This document shows, in pieces, positions 26,233 to 36,225 of a stretch of 58,157 nt of DNA. The stretch spans positions 1 through 58,157 of the forward strand of contig CAYZRZ010000001.1 of NCBI GenBank assembly GCA_964480995.1, written 5' to 3'. Source of the DNA: an uncultured Christensenella sp. Lineage in GTDB: Bacteria > Bacillota > Clostridia > Christensenellales > Aristaeellaceae. Numbering within the stretch: the stretch's first letter is position 1; every line of letters starts with the position of its first letter. The notes below the pieces were generated by a model. The model did not search any database, was not told where the DNA came from, and saw only the letters and a list, made by a program, of their open reading frames with translations. Both the position numbers and the translations under genes were made by a program.

Positions 26233-28197
26233 ATGGCGGAGCAAAAGACTTTTTATGTCACGACACCGATTTATTATCCCAGCGGCAATATGCACATCGG
26301 TCACACCTATACAACAGTTGCCGCCGATACAATTACGCGGTTTAAAAAACTCACCGGATATAAAGCCTATTTTCTGACCGGCACGGATGAGCACGGGCAG
26401 AAGATTGAGCGAAGCGCGCAAAAAGCCGGCCTTGCGCCTAAAGAGTATATCGACGGCATCGTTGATGAAACCAAGGCGTTGTGGAAGCTGATGAATGTAG
26501 AATACGACGATTTTATCCGCACGACAGACGAGCGCCACATGAAGGCTGTACAGAAAATATTCCGTCAGCTTTATGAGCAGGGTGATATCTACAAGGGTTC
26601 ATATGAAGGGCAGTACTGCGCCCAATGCGAGGCTTTTTGGACATCCTCTCAGATACTGGAAGGCAATCTTTGCCCGGATTGCGGAAGGCCGACCGAACTC
26701 GTTCACGAGGAGAGCTATTTCTTCCGCATGAGCAAGTATCAGGATTGGCTGATCGATCATATCGAGAACCATCCTGATTTTATCCAGCCGCCCAGCCGTG
26801 CCAGGGAAATGCTGCAGAATTTTCTGCTGCCGGGCTTACAGGACCTGTCGGTCAGCCGCACCTCCTTTTCCTGGGGGATCCCGGTCGATTTTGATCCCAA
26901 ACATGTGATCTATGTATGGATTGACGCGCTTTCAAACTACATTACGGCGCTTGACTGGGGCACCGAGCATGATGAACTTTACAAGACCTTCTGGCCGGCG
27001 CAGGTGCATCTTGTCGGCAAGGAGATCATGCGGTTCCATACCATCTATTGGCCTATCATGCTGCACGCGCTGGGCCTGCCGCTCCCGCATCAGGTGTTTG
27101 GCCATGGCTGGCTGTTGTTCGGCGCGGATAAAATGAGTAAATCAAAAGGCAACGTAGTCTACTCCCAGCCAATCGTTGCGCGCTACGGTGCTGACGCGCT
27201 TCGCTATTACCTGATGCGTGAAATGCCCTTCGGAAGCGACGGCAACTATACAAACGAAGCCTTTTTGACCCGCATGAATGCCGATCTGGCCAATGACATG
27301 GGCAACTTGGTCAGCCGCACTGTCGCGATGATTGAAAAATACTTCGGAGGCTCGGTGCCTGCTCACGGCGAGTATGAGGAAGTTGACCTGGCGCTGATCA
27401 GGCGTGCCGAGAGCCTGCCGGAGGCGGTAGAGCGCGAAATGAACAACCTGCAGTTTTCTCTGGCTCTTCAGGAGATTTGGAAACTGATCGGCGAGTGCAA
27501 CCGCTACATCGATGTGACTCAGCCTTGGGTGCTTGGCCGGGATGATAGCGGAAAAGCCCGGCTGTCTACGGTGCTTTACGTGCTGGCCGAGTGCATCCGA
27601 ATTGTGGCCGTTCTGATCGGTCCCGTGATGCCTTCAACACCTGCGAAGATTTTTTGTCAGCTGGGCCTCAGCGATGAGACGCTGATGACCTGGACCTCGC
27701 TTGACAGATTTGGTCTGCTGCCCCCGGAAACGAAAGTCAGCAAGGGGGAAGCGCTTTTCCCGCGTGTAGACATAGCCAAGGATCTAGAAGCCCTGGGCGC
27801 GGCGCAGGAGACCATGCAAGCTAAGCCTAAAATGATTCCTGAGAAGGAAGAGTCCAAGGAAAGAAAGCCTGAGATCACCATCGACGACTTTGCCAGGCTT
27901 GATCTGAGAATGGCAAAGGTGCTTCACTGTGAGACTGTCGCAAAGAGTGATAAGCTTTTGCAATTTACCCTTGACTTGGGCCGCGAGCAAAGAACTGTGC
28001 TGTCGGGCATCGCCAAGTTCTATAAGCCCGAGGAGCTGATCGGCAAACAGGTCGTGCTTCTTGCCAATCTCGCGCCCAGAAAGATCCGCGGCATTATGTC
28101 GCAGGGAATGATCCTTAGCGCCGCGTCTGAAGGAACAGAGCAGCTGAGCCTGCTTGGCAGTTTTCATGAGATGGCTCCGGGATCGGAGATCGGCTGA
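26233..28197 (+). CDS. metG: Methionine--tRNA ligase with C-terminal tRNA-binding (Trbp111/EMAP-like) domain
   Basis: YYPSGNMHIGH (HIGH), KMSKSKGN (KMSKS), a zinc knuckle CAQCE...CPDCG and a C-terminal LDLRMAKV...OB-fold. ATG 26233 follows SD GGAGGGA. Confidence 0.95.
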   Translation: MAEQKTFYVTTPIYYPSGNMHIGHTYTTVAADTITRFKKLTGYKAYFLTGTDEHGQKIERSAQKAGLAPKEYIDGIVDETKALWKLMNVEYDDFIRTTDERHMKAVQKIFRQLYEQGDIYKGSYEGQYCAQCEAFWTSSQILEGNLCPDCGRPTELVHEESYFFRMSKYQDWLIDHIENHPDFIQPPSRAREMLQNFLLPGLQDLSVSRTSFSWGIPVDFDPKHVIYVWIDALSNYITALDWGTEHDELYKTFWPAQVHLVGKEIMRFHTIYWPIMLHALGLPLPHQVFGHGWLLFGADKMSKSKGNVVYSQPIVARYGADALRYYLMREMPFGSDGNYTNEAFLTRMNADLANDMGNLVSRTVAMIEKYFGGSVPAHGEYEEVDLALIRRAESLPEAVEREMNNLQFSLALQEIWKLIGECNRYIDVTQPWVLGRDDSGKARLSTVLYVLAECIRIVAVLIGPVMPSTPAKIFCQLGLSDETLMTWTSLDRFGLLPPETKVSKGEALFPRVDIAKDLEALGAAQETMQAKPKMIPEKEESKERKPEITIDDFARLDLRMAKVLHCETVAKSDKLLQFTLDLGREQRTVLSGIAKFYKPEELIGKQVVLLANLAPRKIRGIMSQGMILSAASEGTEQLSLLGSFHEMAPGSEIG

Positions 28198-28973
28198 TGA
28201 GGCTGTTCGATACCCATTGCCATCTGGATGATGAACGTTTTAATGAAGACCGTGAACAATTGATCCAAGCCTTGCCTGAGCAAGGCTTGGTTTATTGCGT
28301 GACGGTCGGAAGTGACCTGGATTCATCCGAGCGCTCGATTGCGCTGGCAGGCCGATACAGCCATGTATACGCCGCCGCCGGCGTTCATCCTCATGAGGCG
28401 TCAAAAGCGCCGGAGGATTTTCTTGACAGGCTTCGTTCTATGCTTGGCCAGGGAAAAGTGGTCGCGTTGGGGGAGATCGGTCTTGACTACTACTATGATT
28501 TTCCCCCCCGGGATCTTCAAAAAAGGATGCTGTCACAGCAGTTGGATCTTGCTTATGAGCTGAATCTCCCTGTCATTTTGCATGTTCGCGACGCGCACGG
28601 CGATATGGTGGATTTGCTCCGTGCGCGCGGGGACAGGCTGCCGGGCGGAGTGCTTCATTGTTTTTCAGGCAGTAAAGAGAGCGCAGCTGAATATGTAAAG
28701 CTGGGTTTCTATATTTCCTTTGCCGGCCCCGTGACATTCAAGAATGCGGACAAGCTTTTGCTTGCGGCCCAATCGGTGCCTGAGGACAGGATCCTGATCG
28801 AAACAGACAGCCCATATCTGGCTCCTGTGCCTATGCGCGGAAAACGTAATGATCCGTCTCTTGTACGCTATGTTTGCACAAAGATGGCGGAACTGCGCGG
28901 TATAGAGGAGGAGGAAATGAGTGAGCTGACTCTCCGCAACGCGCTACGCTTTTTCGGTATGGCAAGCGTTTGA
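28197..28973 (+). CDS. tatD: TatD-family metal-dependent DNase/hydrolase (YabD-like)
   Basis: FDTHCHLDD, GEIGLDYYY, HCFSG and ETDSPYL are TatD motifs. The start overlaps the metG stop (TGATG). Confidence 0.9.
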   Translation: MRLFDTHCHLDDERFNEDREQLIQALPEQGLVYCVTVGSDLDSSERSIALAGRYSHVYAAAGVHPHEASKAPEDFLDRLRSMLGQGKVVALGEIGLDYYYDFPPRDLQKRMLSQQLDLAYELNLPVILHVRDAHGDMVDLLRARGDRLPGGVLHCFSGSKESAAEYVKLGFYISFAGPVTFKNADKLLLAAQSVPEDRILIETDSPYLAPVPMRGKRNDPSLVRYVCTKMAELRGIEEEEMSELTLRNALRFFGMASV

Positions 28974-29094
28974 ATGTCAAGGCATCATTGCGTATTTGTG
29001 ACGAAAACATGAACAAAGAAAGCAAATGGCTACCAGATTTATGTTATATATGTTATACTTTGTCTTGCACTTTGCTGCTAAGGAGGGATGAGCT

Positions 29095-29664
29095 TTGGAT
29101 GAACCGATAATTTTAGCCTCCGCCTCTCCAAGACGGCAAGAGCTTTTAAGCATGATCGGCCTGCCTTATGAGGTGTATGCACCGGATGTGGATGAAAGTG
29201 AAACGGGCAGTCCTGACGGGATCGTGCTTCGTCTCGCGCAAAAGAAGGCGCGCGCCGCGGCGGCTGTTTATCCCGGCAGGGTCATCCTGGCGGCGGATAC
29301 CTTGGTTTATGCTAAGGGAGAGGTACTGGGCAAGCCCCGGGACGAGGCCGACGCGCTGCGTATGATCGGGCTTTTGCGCGATGCTTGGCATGAGGTCTAT
29401 ACAGGGGTCTGCGTGATTGACAGATCAGGCCTCGAGCATACGGGTGCTGACAAGACTGCGGTTCACTTCATCCCCATCAGCGATGAGGAGATACGCGTCT
29501 ATGTGAATGGCGGGGAACCCTTTGGCAAGGCAGGTGCTTATGCCATACAAGGCATTGCAGGAGTGTTTATCTCCGGCATAGAAGGCAGTTATTCAAATGT
29601 CATCGGATTGCCCCTGCATCTTGTCAAAACTCTGCTGGGCAAGGCGAAAATCAAATTACTCTGA
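29095..29664 (+). CDS. maf: Maf-like nucleoside triphosphate pyrophosphatase (septum formation protein)
   Basis: ILASASPRRQELL, AADTLV and KAGAYAIQG motifs. The TTG start is 7 nt after SD AGGAGGG (29081-29087). Confidence 0.9.
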   Translation: MDEPIILASASPRRQELLSMIGLPYEVYAPDVDESETGSPDGIVLRLAQKKARAAAAVYPGRVILAADTLVYAKGEVLGKPRDEADALRMIGLLRDAWHEVYTGVCVIDRSGLEHTGADKTAVHFIPISDEEIRVYVNGGEPFGKAGAYAIQGIAGVFISGIEGSYSNVIGLPLHLVKTLLGKAKIKLL

Positions 29665-29677
29665 TAGGAAACTGTGT

Positions 29678-30718
29678 ATGGCCATCATCGCGCCTGATTT
29701 GGGGATAGATTTGGGAACATCCAATACGCTTGTGTATGTTCGTAAAAAGGGCATTGTGATTGACGAACCGACCCTGCTGATCGTATCCGGCAGTTCCAAG
29801 CGTTCCATTAAGTCCATTGGACAGGACGCCAAGGCGTTGGTTGGGCGTACCTCAGGCGGCGATGTTGCAGTCAGGCCGATGCAAGACGGCACGATCAAAG
29901 AGTATGACATGACCGAATCCATCCTGCGCTTCTTTATCAGAAAGGCCATCGGTGTATCGCATCTTGTCAAGCCCCGCGCCTTTATCACAGTTCCCTGCCG
30001 GATATCCGCCGTTGAAAAGCGCGTTGTGCGCGAGGCGGCCGTGGCCGCGGGGATCAGGCGCAACGCCATCCATTTGATCGAAAAGCCCTTTGCTTCCGCG
30101 CTCGGATCAGGACTTCCCGGTTTTGCGCCGGAGGGTTCCATGGTGGTGGATATCGGCGGTGGAACGACAGAAGTTGCCATCATCTCCATCGGCGGTGTCG
30201 TGAGTTCCAAATCCATCATGACGGGCGGCATTAAAATGGATGAAGCTGTCATGAACTATTTGAAGCATGATTACAATATGCTCATCGGCGACAGGATGGC
30301 TGAAGATATCAAGATCGACTGGGGTACTGCCTTGCCGCCCAAGGATGAACGAAAGGTGATGGTGCGCGGGCGGGATATCATCACCGGGCTGCCTCAGACG
30401 GCTGAGATCACCGCGACGAAAATCTACGAAGCCCTGCATGCCCCCTGCAAGCAGATACTGGCCGCTATCCGCGCCGTGCTGGATACCGCGCCGCCGGAGC
30501 TTGCCGGCGACATTCTCAGGAAGGGAATATATCTGATGGGGGGCGGTTCCTTGCTGTATGGGCTGGACCGCTACCTGGCCAATGAACTCAATCTGCCGGT
30601 TACCCTGGCGAAGGATCCGATGATGTGCGCTGCCCAAGGGGTTGGCAATTTAGCTGAAAACGCAAGTTTGCTGCCCAGAATCGGGCGCTCAACCTTTATG
30701 CGTGATGAGACTGAATGA
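29678..30718 (+). CDS. mreB: Rod shape-determining protein MreB
   Basis: DLGIDLGTSNTLVYV, VVDIGGGTTEVAIIS and actin-fold motifs. ATG 29678 is chosen over the overlapping ORF-track start. Confidence 0.95.
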   Translation: MAIIAPDLGIDLGTSNTLVYVRKKGIVIDEPTLLIVSGSSKRSIKSIGQDAKALVGRTSGGDVAVRPMQDGTIKEYDMTESILRFFIRKAIGVSHLVKPRAFITVPCRISAVEKRVVREAAVAAGIRRNAIHLIEKPFASALGSGLPGFAPEGSMVVDIGGGTTEVAIISIGGVVSSKSIMTGGIKMDEAVMNYLKHDYNMLIGDRMAEDIKIDWGTALPPKDERKVMVRGRDIITGLPQTAEITATKIYEALHAPCKQILAAIRAVLDTAPPELAGDILRKGIYLMGGGSLLYGLDRYLANELNLPVTLAKDPMMCAAQGVGNLAENASLLPRIGRSTFMRDETE

Positions 30719-32004
30719 AAAAAAAGCAGGTTCAGAAAAAAACGAATAAGGGCTTCAAGCCCGCTAAACAGCCGGCCGCGAAGAGTGCCAAGGGCCGCCC
30801 CGGAAACGATGTTTCTCAGGCGATCGGACGCTTGGCGGGCATTGGCATTGTCGTTTCCCTGGTTGTTGTGATCGTCATGATGATCGCCTCCGCTTTCTTT
30901 GGTGACATTGCCTTTTTGGCTGCTCCGCGCGCGTGGATCAGCCGGTTGATTACACCGGTACAGATCACCTTCAGCAAGGCCACCGACGGAGTCGTCGGCT
31001 ATTTGCGCACCTTGAAGCTCAGGGCCAACATTGAGCTTGAACTTGACAAGGCCAGGGAGAAGATAGAAGAGCTGGAGAATCAGGCCATGCTGGCTCAACA
31101 TTACAAGAATCAGGCGGAAGCCTTCGCGGACCTGCACGATGAGCTGATAAGAAACCCCCAGCTGGATGGTACGCCAGCCAATATCATCGCCAGGCAGGAG
31201 GACAATTACAGTTATGTATTCAGCATTGACGTCGGTAAAAACCAGCGGATCGGCGAGAATATGGCGGTTGTCTATTCAGGCGCGCTGGTCGGCTTCACCT
31301 TTGACGTAAAAGACAACACCTCCAGCGTGCGTGGCATCGTTGACAGCAAAGCCCGTATATCCACATTGATAGAATCAAACCGTGACCAGGGCTACGTGAC
31401 CGGTACACTGGCCGTCGACGGAACGTATGCGTGCCGCATGTATTACTATGATTATACTTCTTTGCCCAGGCCGGGTGACCGCGTGGTTACGTCGGGTGTA
31501 GGCTTGGAATTCCCTAAGGGGATTCCGGTCGGCTATGTGCGGGAGAGCACCCGCCGGCTGGAAGACAGCAAGCAGTACATCGTTGTTGAGCCGATCGTCG
31601 ATTTTGACCACTTAGAGCATGTGGTTGTTTTCCGCTACCGCCCTGCCTATGCGGAGGAAGCCCCGGACAGCCGCACGCAGGCTCAGTCTACATTTAAGCC
31701 GATGCCATCCATTTTGCCTGTGCCTACCCTGATCGGTCAGCCCGCGCCGGAAATCACCCCCGGACCTGATGGTTTGATCCCGAATGTTTCAAGTTCACTG
31801 AGCCCGACACCGGAGCCTACTCCTACCGCCGCGCCTACGCGAGACCCCAATGCGACAGTGCCGCCGCCAAACTTCGAATATAACCAGAAGGTCATCGCGA
31901 TAGAGACGCTTCCGCCGCTTGTACCCACAACACCGCCCATCCCTTCTCCTGAACCTACGGCAACATTCTCGGTTGATCAGCTAACGATCGAGGCAGACGA
32001 ATGA
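30715..32004 (+). CDS. mreC: Rod shape-determining protein MreC with long Pro-rich C-terminal tail
   Basis: An N-terminal TM helix, the coiled coil LELDKAREKIEELENQ, and the beta-barrel region GDRVVTSGVGLEFPKGIPVG. It lies between mreB and mreD. Confidence 0.85.
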   Translation: MKKKQVQKKTNKGFKPAKQPAAKSAKGRPGNDVSQAIGRLAGIGIVVSLVVVIVMMIASAFFGDIAFLAAPRAWISRLITPVQITFSKATDGVVGYLRTLKLRANIELELDKAREKIEELENQAMLAQHYKNQAEAFADLHDELIRNPQLDGTPANIIARQEDNYSYVFSIDVGKNQRIGENMAVVYSGALVGFTFDVKDNTSSVRGIVDSKARISTLIESNRDQGYVTGTLAVDGTYACRMYYYDYTSLPRPGDRVVTSGVGLEFPKGIPVGYVRESTRRLEDSKQYIVVEPIVDFDHLEHVVVFRYRPAYAEEAPDSRTQAQSTFKPMPSILPVPTLIGQPAPEITPGPDGLIPNVSSSLSPTPEPTPTAAPTRDPNATVPPPNFEYNQKVIAIETLPPLVPTTPPIPSPEPTATFSVDQLTIEADE

Positions 32005-32915
32005 CTTCCCGTATCCGCGTCCGTCCCGCGGGGCTTCGGTACGCCCTGGTTAAGTTTGTTAAGATCACTTTCCTCGTGATGCTCTTTTACCTTGTTCAAT
32101 CAACCGTTGTGCCGCATATGAAGCTTTGGGGCATTGTACCGAATCTGTATATGATATGCGCCGCGATCTTAACCGTCAGTTACGGGAAGAAATACGCGTT
32201 TGCCTGCGGGGCTGTTTTCGGTATTCTCCTTGAGGTGATGCTCCCAAGCCTTCCGATACTCAACCTGGTGATCTATCCTGCCCTGACTCTCTTGTGCGCC
32301 CAGATCTTTTCTGATATGAGCGAGATCAGGCGTGAGCTTCTCCGGATCAAGATTGCCCAGCGCCAGGCTGAAAGCAGAATCGTAGCGGTTGGCGGCGTTG
32401 AGCAAAAAAGGCGGTATCATCTGGATTTTCGCCGCAAGACGGCGGATGATATGGAACCGCACCTTCGCATATTTTTGAATGCGCTGATGCTGACACTGTT
32501 GTATGATCTTGTGATGCTCGCTTATTTTGCGCTGGAAGGTGTGAGCATTGGCTTTAACCATGTGCTTCGCATGCTTCAATCACTGTTTTATACCGCGCTG
32601 TGGTGTGCGTCAATGTTCCCGGCCCGCCTGTTTCTGGGCTTTTATCCCAGGCTCTTCAAACGCAATCAGCGCGAGGACGGGCTGGGGGATGAAGTGACTA
32701 CCTCTGATAAGCTGCTTCGTGAACTGAGTCTTGCGCCTGATATGCCCAATATTGTGGCTGCCTTTGATACAGCGCCTGTGATCAAAGAAGAGACAGCGTC
32801 AGCACAGCGGGACGCAAGCGGCACAGATAAAACAAGCACTGACCTGCAGCGGGAATCTTCCGATTCCGATAAAAAGGAAGATATGCCCGGAAAGGAGACA
32901 AGCGATGAAGTTTGA
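32001..32915 (+). CDS. mreD: MreD-like membrane protein with internal charged insertion and acidic/Ser-rich tail
   Basis: It follows mreC with a 4-nt overlap. LVQSTVVPHMKLWGIVPNLYMI...GILLEVM resembles the MreD core. At 304 aa it is roughly twice the usual size. Confidence 0.65.
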   Translation: MTSRIRVRPAGLRYALVKFVKITFLVMLFYLVQSTVVPHMKLWGIVPNLYMICAAILTVSYGKKYAFACGAVFGILLEVMLPSLPILNLVIYPALTLLCAQIFSDMSEIRRELLRIKIAQRQAESRIVAVGGVEQKRRYHLDFRRKTADDMEPHLRIFLNALMLTLLYDLVMLAYFALEGVSIGFNHVLRMLQSLFYTALWCASMFPARLFLGFYPRLFKRNQREDGLGDEVTTSDKLLRELSLAPDMPNIVAAFDTAPVIKEETASAQRDASGTDKTSTDLQRESSDSDKKEDMPGKETSDEV

Positions 32916-35427
32916 AAAAAGAATCAGCCGCCGCTTTATTGCGTTCAGCGCTGTGATCGTCCTTCTATTCGGCGTCCTGATCTGGCGATTGTATGATCTT
33001 CAGATCACCAAAGCTGACCAGTATCAAAGCTCAGCGGACGTTAATCGCGTCAAAAGCATCCGCCTAACCGGCACGCGCGGCATGATCACGGATGTCAACT
33101 CTGTGGTTCTGGCAATGAGCGAGAATATGTTTAATGTCACCTATTACCGCAGCAGCGATGAAAACAAGGCGGCGGATTACAAACGCTTTGCCGATTCTAT
33201 TCTTGAAGTCATCAGCATCATTGAAAAGAATGGGGGAAAGCTGAGCGTAACTTTCCCGATCAAGCGCTATGAGGAAACGGGCGAGTGGGTGTTCGATTTC
33301 GGCAATGTATCTCAGCGCGCGATCGAGATCCGCGAGAGCCAGTGGCGGTCCAATCACTACCTGAGTCAATTATCCAAATATCCCACTGCGGAATCCTGTT
33401 ATGAAGCTTTGCTTAATACCTATGACCTGGGGAGCCGGGGATTGAATGAAGAAACCATCCTGAAGGTGATGGCGGTTCATTCTGAAATGAACATGAATAT
33501 CTACCTCTCCATGCCTATCGTGATCGCCAAGGATGTTGCCTCAGCCACAGTAACCGAAGTAATCGGACGAAGCATGGTGCTGTCGGGCATGGACATTGAA
33601 GTGGGCGAGAAGCGTGTCTATCCGCAGAAGGATCTGGCTGCGCAGGTCATCGGATATGTCGGCATGATTTCAGAGAGCGATAATTACCAAACCGATCTGA
33701 AACCCCTTGGCTACGCTATGAACGATATGATCGGTAAAGACGGTGTCGAAAAAAGCATGGAAAACTGGCTGACCCCGAACATCAGCAGCCGGCATGGCTA
33801 CCGCCTGATGGAGAAAGACAGTCTGGGACGCCTGACCCGAGAGATTGAAAGGCAGGAGCCTGAAAACGGCAATAACGTTAAGCTGACCATCAATGCCGCT
33901 GCCCAGCGCGCGGCGGAGCAGGCGATTGCCGCCAATGTACATTCGACCCGCGCCTATCAGGAAAAAAAGATGTTTGAATCCCGGTGGAATGAAGCCAACC
34001 GTGAAAAGCTGGCCCAGCGTGATTTTGACGAATATCCTCTTAAACTCGCGGAAACCGGTGTGTTGATCGCGCTGGAAGTCAAGACAGGCAAGGTCATCGC
34101 GATGGCCCAGTATCCAACCTATGATTTGAACGCCATGGTGGCCGGCGGTAAGGCGGCGGCGGACATTATCAAGGATCCCCGCAATGTGCTGCGCAATTAT
34201 GCCATCCAGTCCCGCGCTGAGCCCGGATCCATCTTCAAGATGGTGCCCGCTATGGCCGCGCTGACCAGCGGCAGGCTGCAAGTGACAGACAGGATCACCG
34301 ACACAGGACCTTTTATGGAGTACACAACGAAAGAAGAAGACGCTCCCCGCTGCTGGATTCCCAATAACCAAAGGTCTGATCATGCCGACCTGGATATTGT
34401 AGAGGGCATTCAGAAATCTTGCAATTTCTTTTTCTATACCATAGCGTCCCGCTTGTATGGAAAAACCGGCAGCAACCTGCTGTATAAATATGCCGCAGAG
34501 ATGGGGCTGAGCAGTAAAACCGGTATCCAGCTGCCCGGCGAGGCGCGCAGCGTGCTGGGCAGCCAAACGTCTTTGTATGACCAGACTGCCAGTCTTAATG
34601 AGCAGGAAACAAGCTTGCCCATTCTGGTAGCTGCCAAGATAAAGAAGCACTTGCGCGAGGTTGGATCAAGCTACGGCATCGACTATGATGATGTGCGGCT
34701 GGATACTGCGGTCAAGCAGCTGATGGACATGGCGGTCAATACACCTTCATCTGATGACTGGTCCGATGCCATGCGCCCCATCCTGATGGCTGAACTGAAC
34801 ATGACACGCGATATGGTGTGGAAACAGGCGACGATCGGCGATATATGGATCTACCTGAATGATATCAAATGGGGCGGGAGCCAGGAGATACAGTTTGCGA
34901 TCGGGCAGTCAATCACTCTGCTGACACCTGTTGCGGTATCCCGCTATGTAGCCAGCCTTGCCAATGGCGGCGTTGTCAATAACCTGTCCATTATAGATTC
35001 CATCACATCTCCTGAGGGGGACATATTGAACCAGTACCAGCAGAGCGTGCTGAACCGTTTGGAGGATGCTTACCTTTACCTTCCCTACATCAAAGAAGGA
35101 ATGAAAGGCGTGGTTGATGATGGCGGTACCGCGAAAGCCAAGTTTAAAAACTGGGAATATAAGGACGATATCTGGGCGAAGACGGGAACTTCGCAGCTGA
35201 CCATCGGCGGCATTAAACTGGATCTCGAAAACAACGGATGGTTCGTGCTGCTGACGCCCTTTGATACGGATGCGGAGATCGCCGTGATCACCCATATACC
35301 CAATGGCCTCTCCGGCGCTGAAGCGACCGGGGCCGCCAAAGAATTTGTAGATTGGTGGATGGCCAACCGCAGCACCTTGTCAAACGCGGTGCCTGTGCCT
35401 GTGGGCGGAAATGAGCTCGCCCCTTAA
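32905..35427 (+). CDS. Penicillin-binding protein 2 (class B transpeptidase, elongation-type)
   Basis: An N-terminal anchor plus dimerisation domain (RGMITDVN), and the transpeptidase motifs SIFK, SCN and KTGTS. It sits within the mre cluster. Confidence 0.9.
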   Translation: MKFEKRISRRFIAFSAVIVLLFGVLIWRLYDLQITKADQYQSSADVNRVKSIRLTGTRGMITDVNSVVLAMSENMFNVTYYRSSDENKAADYKRFADSILEVISIIEKNGGKLSVTFPIKRYEETGEWVFDFGNVSQRAIEIRESQWRSNHYLSQLSKYPTAESCYEALLNTYDLGSRGLNEETILKVMAVHSEMNMNIYLSMPIVIAKDVASATVTEVIGRSMVLSGMDIEVGEKRVYPQKDLAAQVIGYVGMISESDNYQTDLKPLGYAMNDMIGKDGVEKSMENWLTPNISSRHGYRLMEKDSLGRLTREIERQEPENGNNVKLTINAAAQRAAEQAIAANVHSTRAYQEKKMFESRWNEANREKLAQRDFDEYPLKLAETGVLIALEVKTGKVIAMAQYPTYDLNAMVAGGKAAADIIKDPRNVLRNYAIQSRAEPGSIFKMVPAMAALTSGRLQVTDRITDTGPFMEYTTKEEDAPRCWIPNNQRSDHADLDIVEGIQKSCNFFFYTIASRLYGKTGSNLLYKYAAEMGLSSKTGIQLPGEARSVLGSQTSLYDQTASLNEQETSLPILVAAKIKKHLREVGSSYGIDYDDVRLDTAVKQLMDMAVNTPSSDDWSDAMRPILMAELNMTRDMVWKQATIGDIWIYLNDIKWGGSQEIQFAIGQSITLLTPVAVSRYVASLANGGVVNNLSIIDSITSPEGDILNQYQQSVLNRLEDAYLYLPYIKEGMKGVVDDGGTAKAKFKNWEYKDDIWAKTGTSQLTIGGIKLDLENNGWFVLLTPFDTDAEIAVITHIPNGLSGAEATGAAKEFVDWWMANRSTLSNAVPVPVGGNELAP

Positions 35428-35445
35428 TATGAGGGGGAAACGCGG

Positions 35446-36225
35446 ATGGGACGCATGATCATGATTGCCTCCGGCAAAGGGGGCGTGGGAAAATCCACAC
35501 TCGCATCATCTTTGGCTGTCAGTCTGGCCAGACGCGGCATGCGCTGCCTGCTCCTGGACGCAGATGTGGGCCTGCGGAACCTTGATCTGATGATGGGGGT
35601 GCAGGATCGCGTTCTTTATGAACTTTCAGATTGTTTATGCAGGCGCTGTTCATTGGATGAAGCTGTTGTCGTTCACGGGAGCTATCCGCTTTTGCATCTG
35701 ATGATGGCCGGGCAGGAAGCCAAGCCCAAGGACTTTAATCAAAAAGACCTGACGCGCATTGCGAAGACCCTGAAAAACCGTTATGACATGATTTTGGTGG
35801 ACGCTCCGGCTGGGATCGGGCGCGGGGTCAAAAACTTCATCAGCCATTGTGATCAATTCATACTGGCGGCAACCCCGGATGACGTATGCCTGCGCGATAC
35901 GGAGAAGATGGCGCGCATCATCATGGAAGCGACAGGTAAACACCCCTATCTCGTCATCAATCGCTATGACAGGCGCCTGGTCCGCCGCGGCGTTATTGCG
36001 GATCCTAAGAATACGGCACAGGCGCTGGATTTGCCATTACTTGGCGTTATTGAGCAAAGTGAAAGCGTGTACAGGGCCATGCTGGCAGGAAAAACGATAC
36101 CGGAGGGGGCGGATGCCCCCGTTGTCCATGCGCTGGAAAGCGTCTGTGACCGTCTGCTGGGCGTGCCGCTGACCAAAAAGAACTGGCTTCACAAGCTCTT
36201 TGGAAAGGAGGAAATGCCTTTATGA
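35446..36225 (+). CDS. minD: Septum site-determining ATPase MinD
   Basis: The deviant Walker A SGKGGVGKST, DADVGLRNLDLMMG, and a C-terminal amphipathic helix NWLHKLFGK. The start could be one of three nearby ATGs. Confidence 0.88.
   Translation: MGRMIMIASGKGGVGKSTLASSLAVSLARRGMRCLLLDADVGLRNLDLMMGVQDRVLYELSDCLCRRCSLDEAVVVHGSYPLLHLMMAGQEAKPKDFNQKDLTRIAKTLKNRYDMILVDAPAGIGRGVKNFISHCDQFILAATPDDVCLRDTEKMARIIMEATGKHPYLVINRYDRRLVRRGVIADPKNTAQALDLPLLGVIEQSESVYRAMLAGKTIPEGADAPVVHALESVCDRLLGVPLTKKNWLHKLFGKEEMPL

Noticed and set aside
29041-29058. Tandem 9-mer ATGTTATAT/ATGTTATAC upstream of maf.
   Set aside because: It is most simply part of an AT-rich extended -10 promoter region (TGtTATACT at 29051-29059). 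It is too short and too isolated to call a repeat element.
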